Shown: piece by piece, positions 63,131-64,000 of the stretch
How the letters are laid out: every line of letters starts with the position of its first letter
How positions within the stretch are numbered: the stretch's first letter is position 1
DNA from: a virus
Lineage: Duplodnaviria > Caudoviricetes
Direction: 5' to 3' (one strand)
Length of the DNA stretch: 64,000 nucleotides
IMG/VR virus record: IMGVR_UViG_3300020050_006168
Span: 17,976-81,975 of that record
Position numbers and translations under genes: made by a program
Notes under the pieces: model-generated
The model's input: only the letters and a program-made list of their open reading frames with translations
The model's database searches: none
Told to the model about the DNA's origin: nothing

Positions 63131-63953
63131 ATCTAGTTAATAATTTCTTAAGTTTGTCGTATATTCCCTCTTTTTTAGGGTCATATCCTTGTAATTCTTT
63201 TAATGTTGGTTTAATTGAATTGAGTTCATCATATTTAGGGTTTCTATCTGGTAATCTAGATAGCCCATTCTCTTTACCTAGTAACTCAGCTTTATCAATT
63301 AGATTGTTTATAGAATGACTGCGAGGTCTAAGGAAATGATTTGTAGATACTTCATCAGAAAGATCGTATAGATTACCCGATTCTTTCATTTTTTGCCATC
63401 TATCCATATCTTCTTTTAAATTTGATGGGGGGAATACATTTTCTGAAGCTGTTGTTTTATTATCAAAAGCCTCAGGATCATCTTTCCAATCCTTTGCATG
63501 ACCACCAGCTTCGTGCATAGCCGCATCAAAAGCGCTTTTTCTAGTCTGCTCTCTACTTAAATTTAAAGTGTTGTTATTAGGATTGTACATGCCAGAATTA
63601 TTCGGGTCATCGTTCAGTTGGGTATTAAAATCTAATCCATTTTCTTTTCTAAGGGCTTGTAGTAATTCCATTGGGTCAGTTGTTTTATAGTAGTCTTTAC
63701 CAACGGCATCTGATGCATTTTCTTCTGAATCTCTGACCCATTTAAACGGTTTTACTGATTCAATAATATTTTTATCTTCTTCAGTATTTTTACCAAGAGT
63801 ATTATAAATATCTTGATTGTCTTTATGGAGGATCTTAGAATCAACTGCTTTAGATATATTAGGATATTTGTCAGCAAAGATCTTAGGTGCATCTAATTGA
63901 CGTTGATATTCGTATAAATTACGGTCTAAGTCCGCTTTACTTTTTTTGTCCAT
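63129..63953 (-). CDS. hypothetical protein with HExxGH zincin-like motif
   Basis: GMYNPNNNTLNL...AAMHEAGGH. Confidence 0.55.
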   Translation of the reverse strand: MDKKSKADLDRNLYEYQRQLDAPKIFADKYPNISKAVDSKILHKDNQDIYNTLGKNTEEDKNIIESVKPFKWVRDSEENASDAVGKDYYKTTDPMELLQALRKENGLDFNTQLNDDPNNSGMYNPNNNTLNLSREQTRKSAFDAAMHEAGGHAKDWKDDPEAFDNKTTASENVFPPSNLKEDMDRWQKMKESGNLYDLSDEVSTNHFLRPRSHSINNLIDKAELLGKENGLSRLPDRNPKYDELNSIKPTLKELQGYDPKKEGIYDKLKKLLTR

Positions 63954-64000
63954 GTCCCAACATTTTCTTTAGTTTAGCAAATTTATTATTCTTAGGGTAC

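Noticed and set aside
1-64000. Stop-codon reassignment
   Set aside because: Long conserved genes are intact in code 11, and TAA, TAG and TGA all end genes

Overview
This window is a 64-kb, AT-rich segment of a lytic, short-tailed (podovirus-like) dsDNA phage of a Gram-negative host, in standard genetic code. Its layout resembles phiEco32/LUZ24. (i) 1-8.7 kb (+): accessory genes, including a full-length Lon protease, a DEDDh exonuclease, a MazG-like enzyme, several lipoproteins, a stand-alone NAD-ligase domain Ia and a di-iron ferritin/Coq7-like protein. (ii) About 8.7-10.7 kb: a mostly non-coding, hairpin-rich stretch with a sigma54-type site, possibly the genome terminus and early region. 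(iii) 11-39.9 kb (+): a five-enzyme peptide-ligase cluster, a secreted subtilase, an ECF-like sigma factor, class II RNR, Cas4-like nuclease, ERF, primase-helicase, family B DNA polymerase, a T5 A1-like phosphoesterase, HNH nucleases and lysis-type membrane proteins. (iv) 39.9-64 kb (-): the virion module (four ejection proteins, tail tube and adaptor, fibres, M15 endolysin, major capsid, scaffold), interrupted by a + strand island. The most notable observations are an HNH-endonuclease/Mom-acetyltransferase fusion, a 151-nt structured RNA with two predicted loop-loop pseudoknots, a 61-nt T-armless tRNA-like element ending in CCA, and a repeated ATAACATATA motif upstream of late genes that may be read by the phage sigma factor. 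No canonical tRNA, rRNA, CRISPR array or integrase was seen. All calls come from reading motifs by eye; no database search was run. A Bdellovibrionota/deltaproteobacterial host is only a guess.
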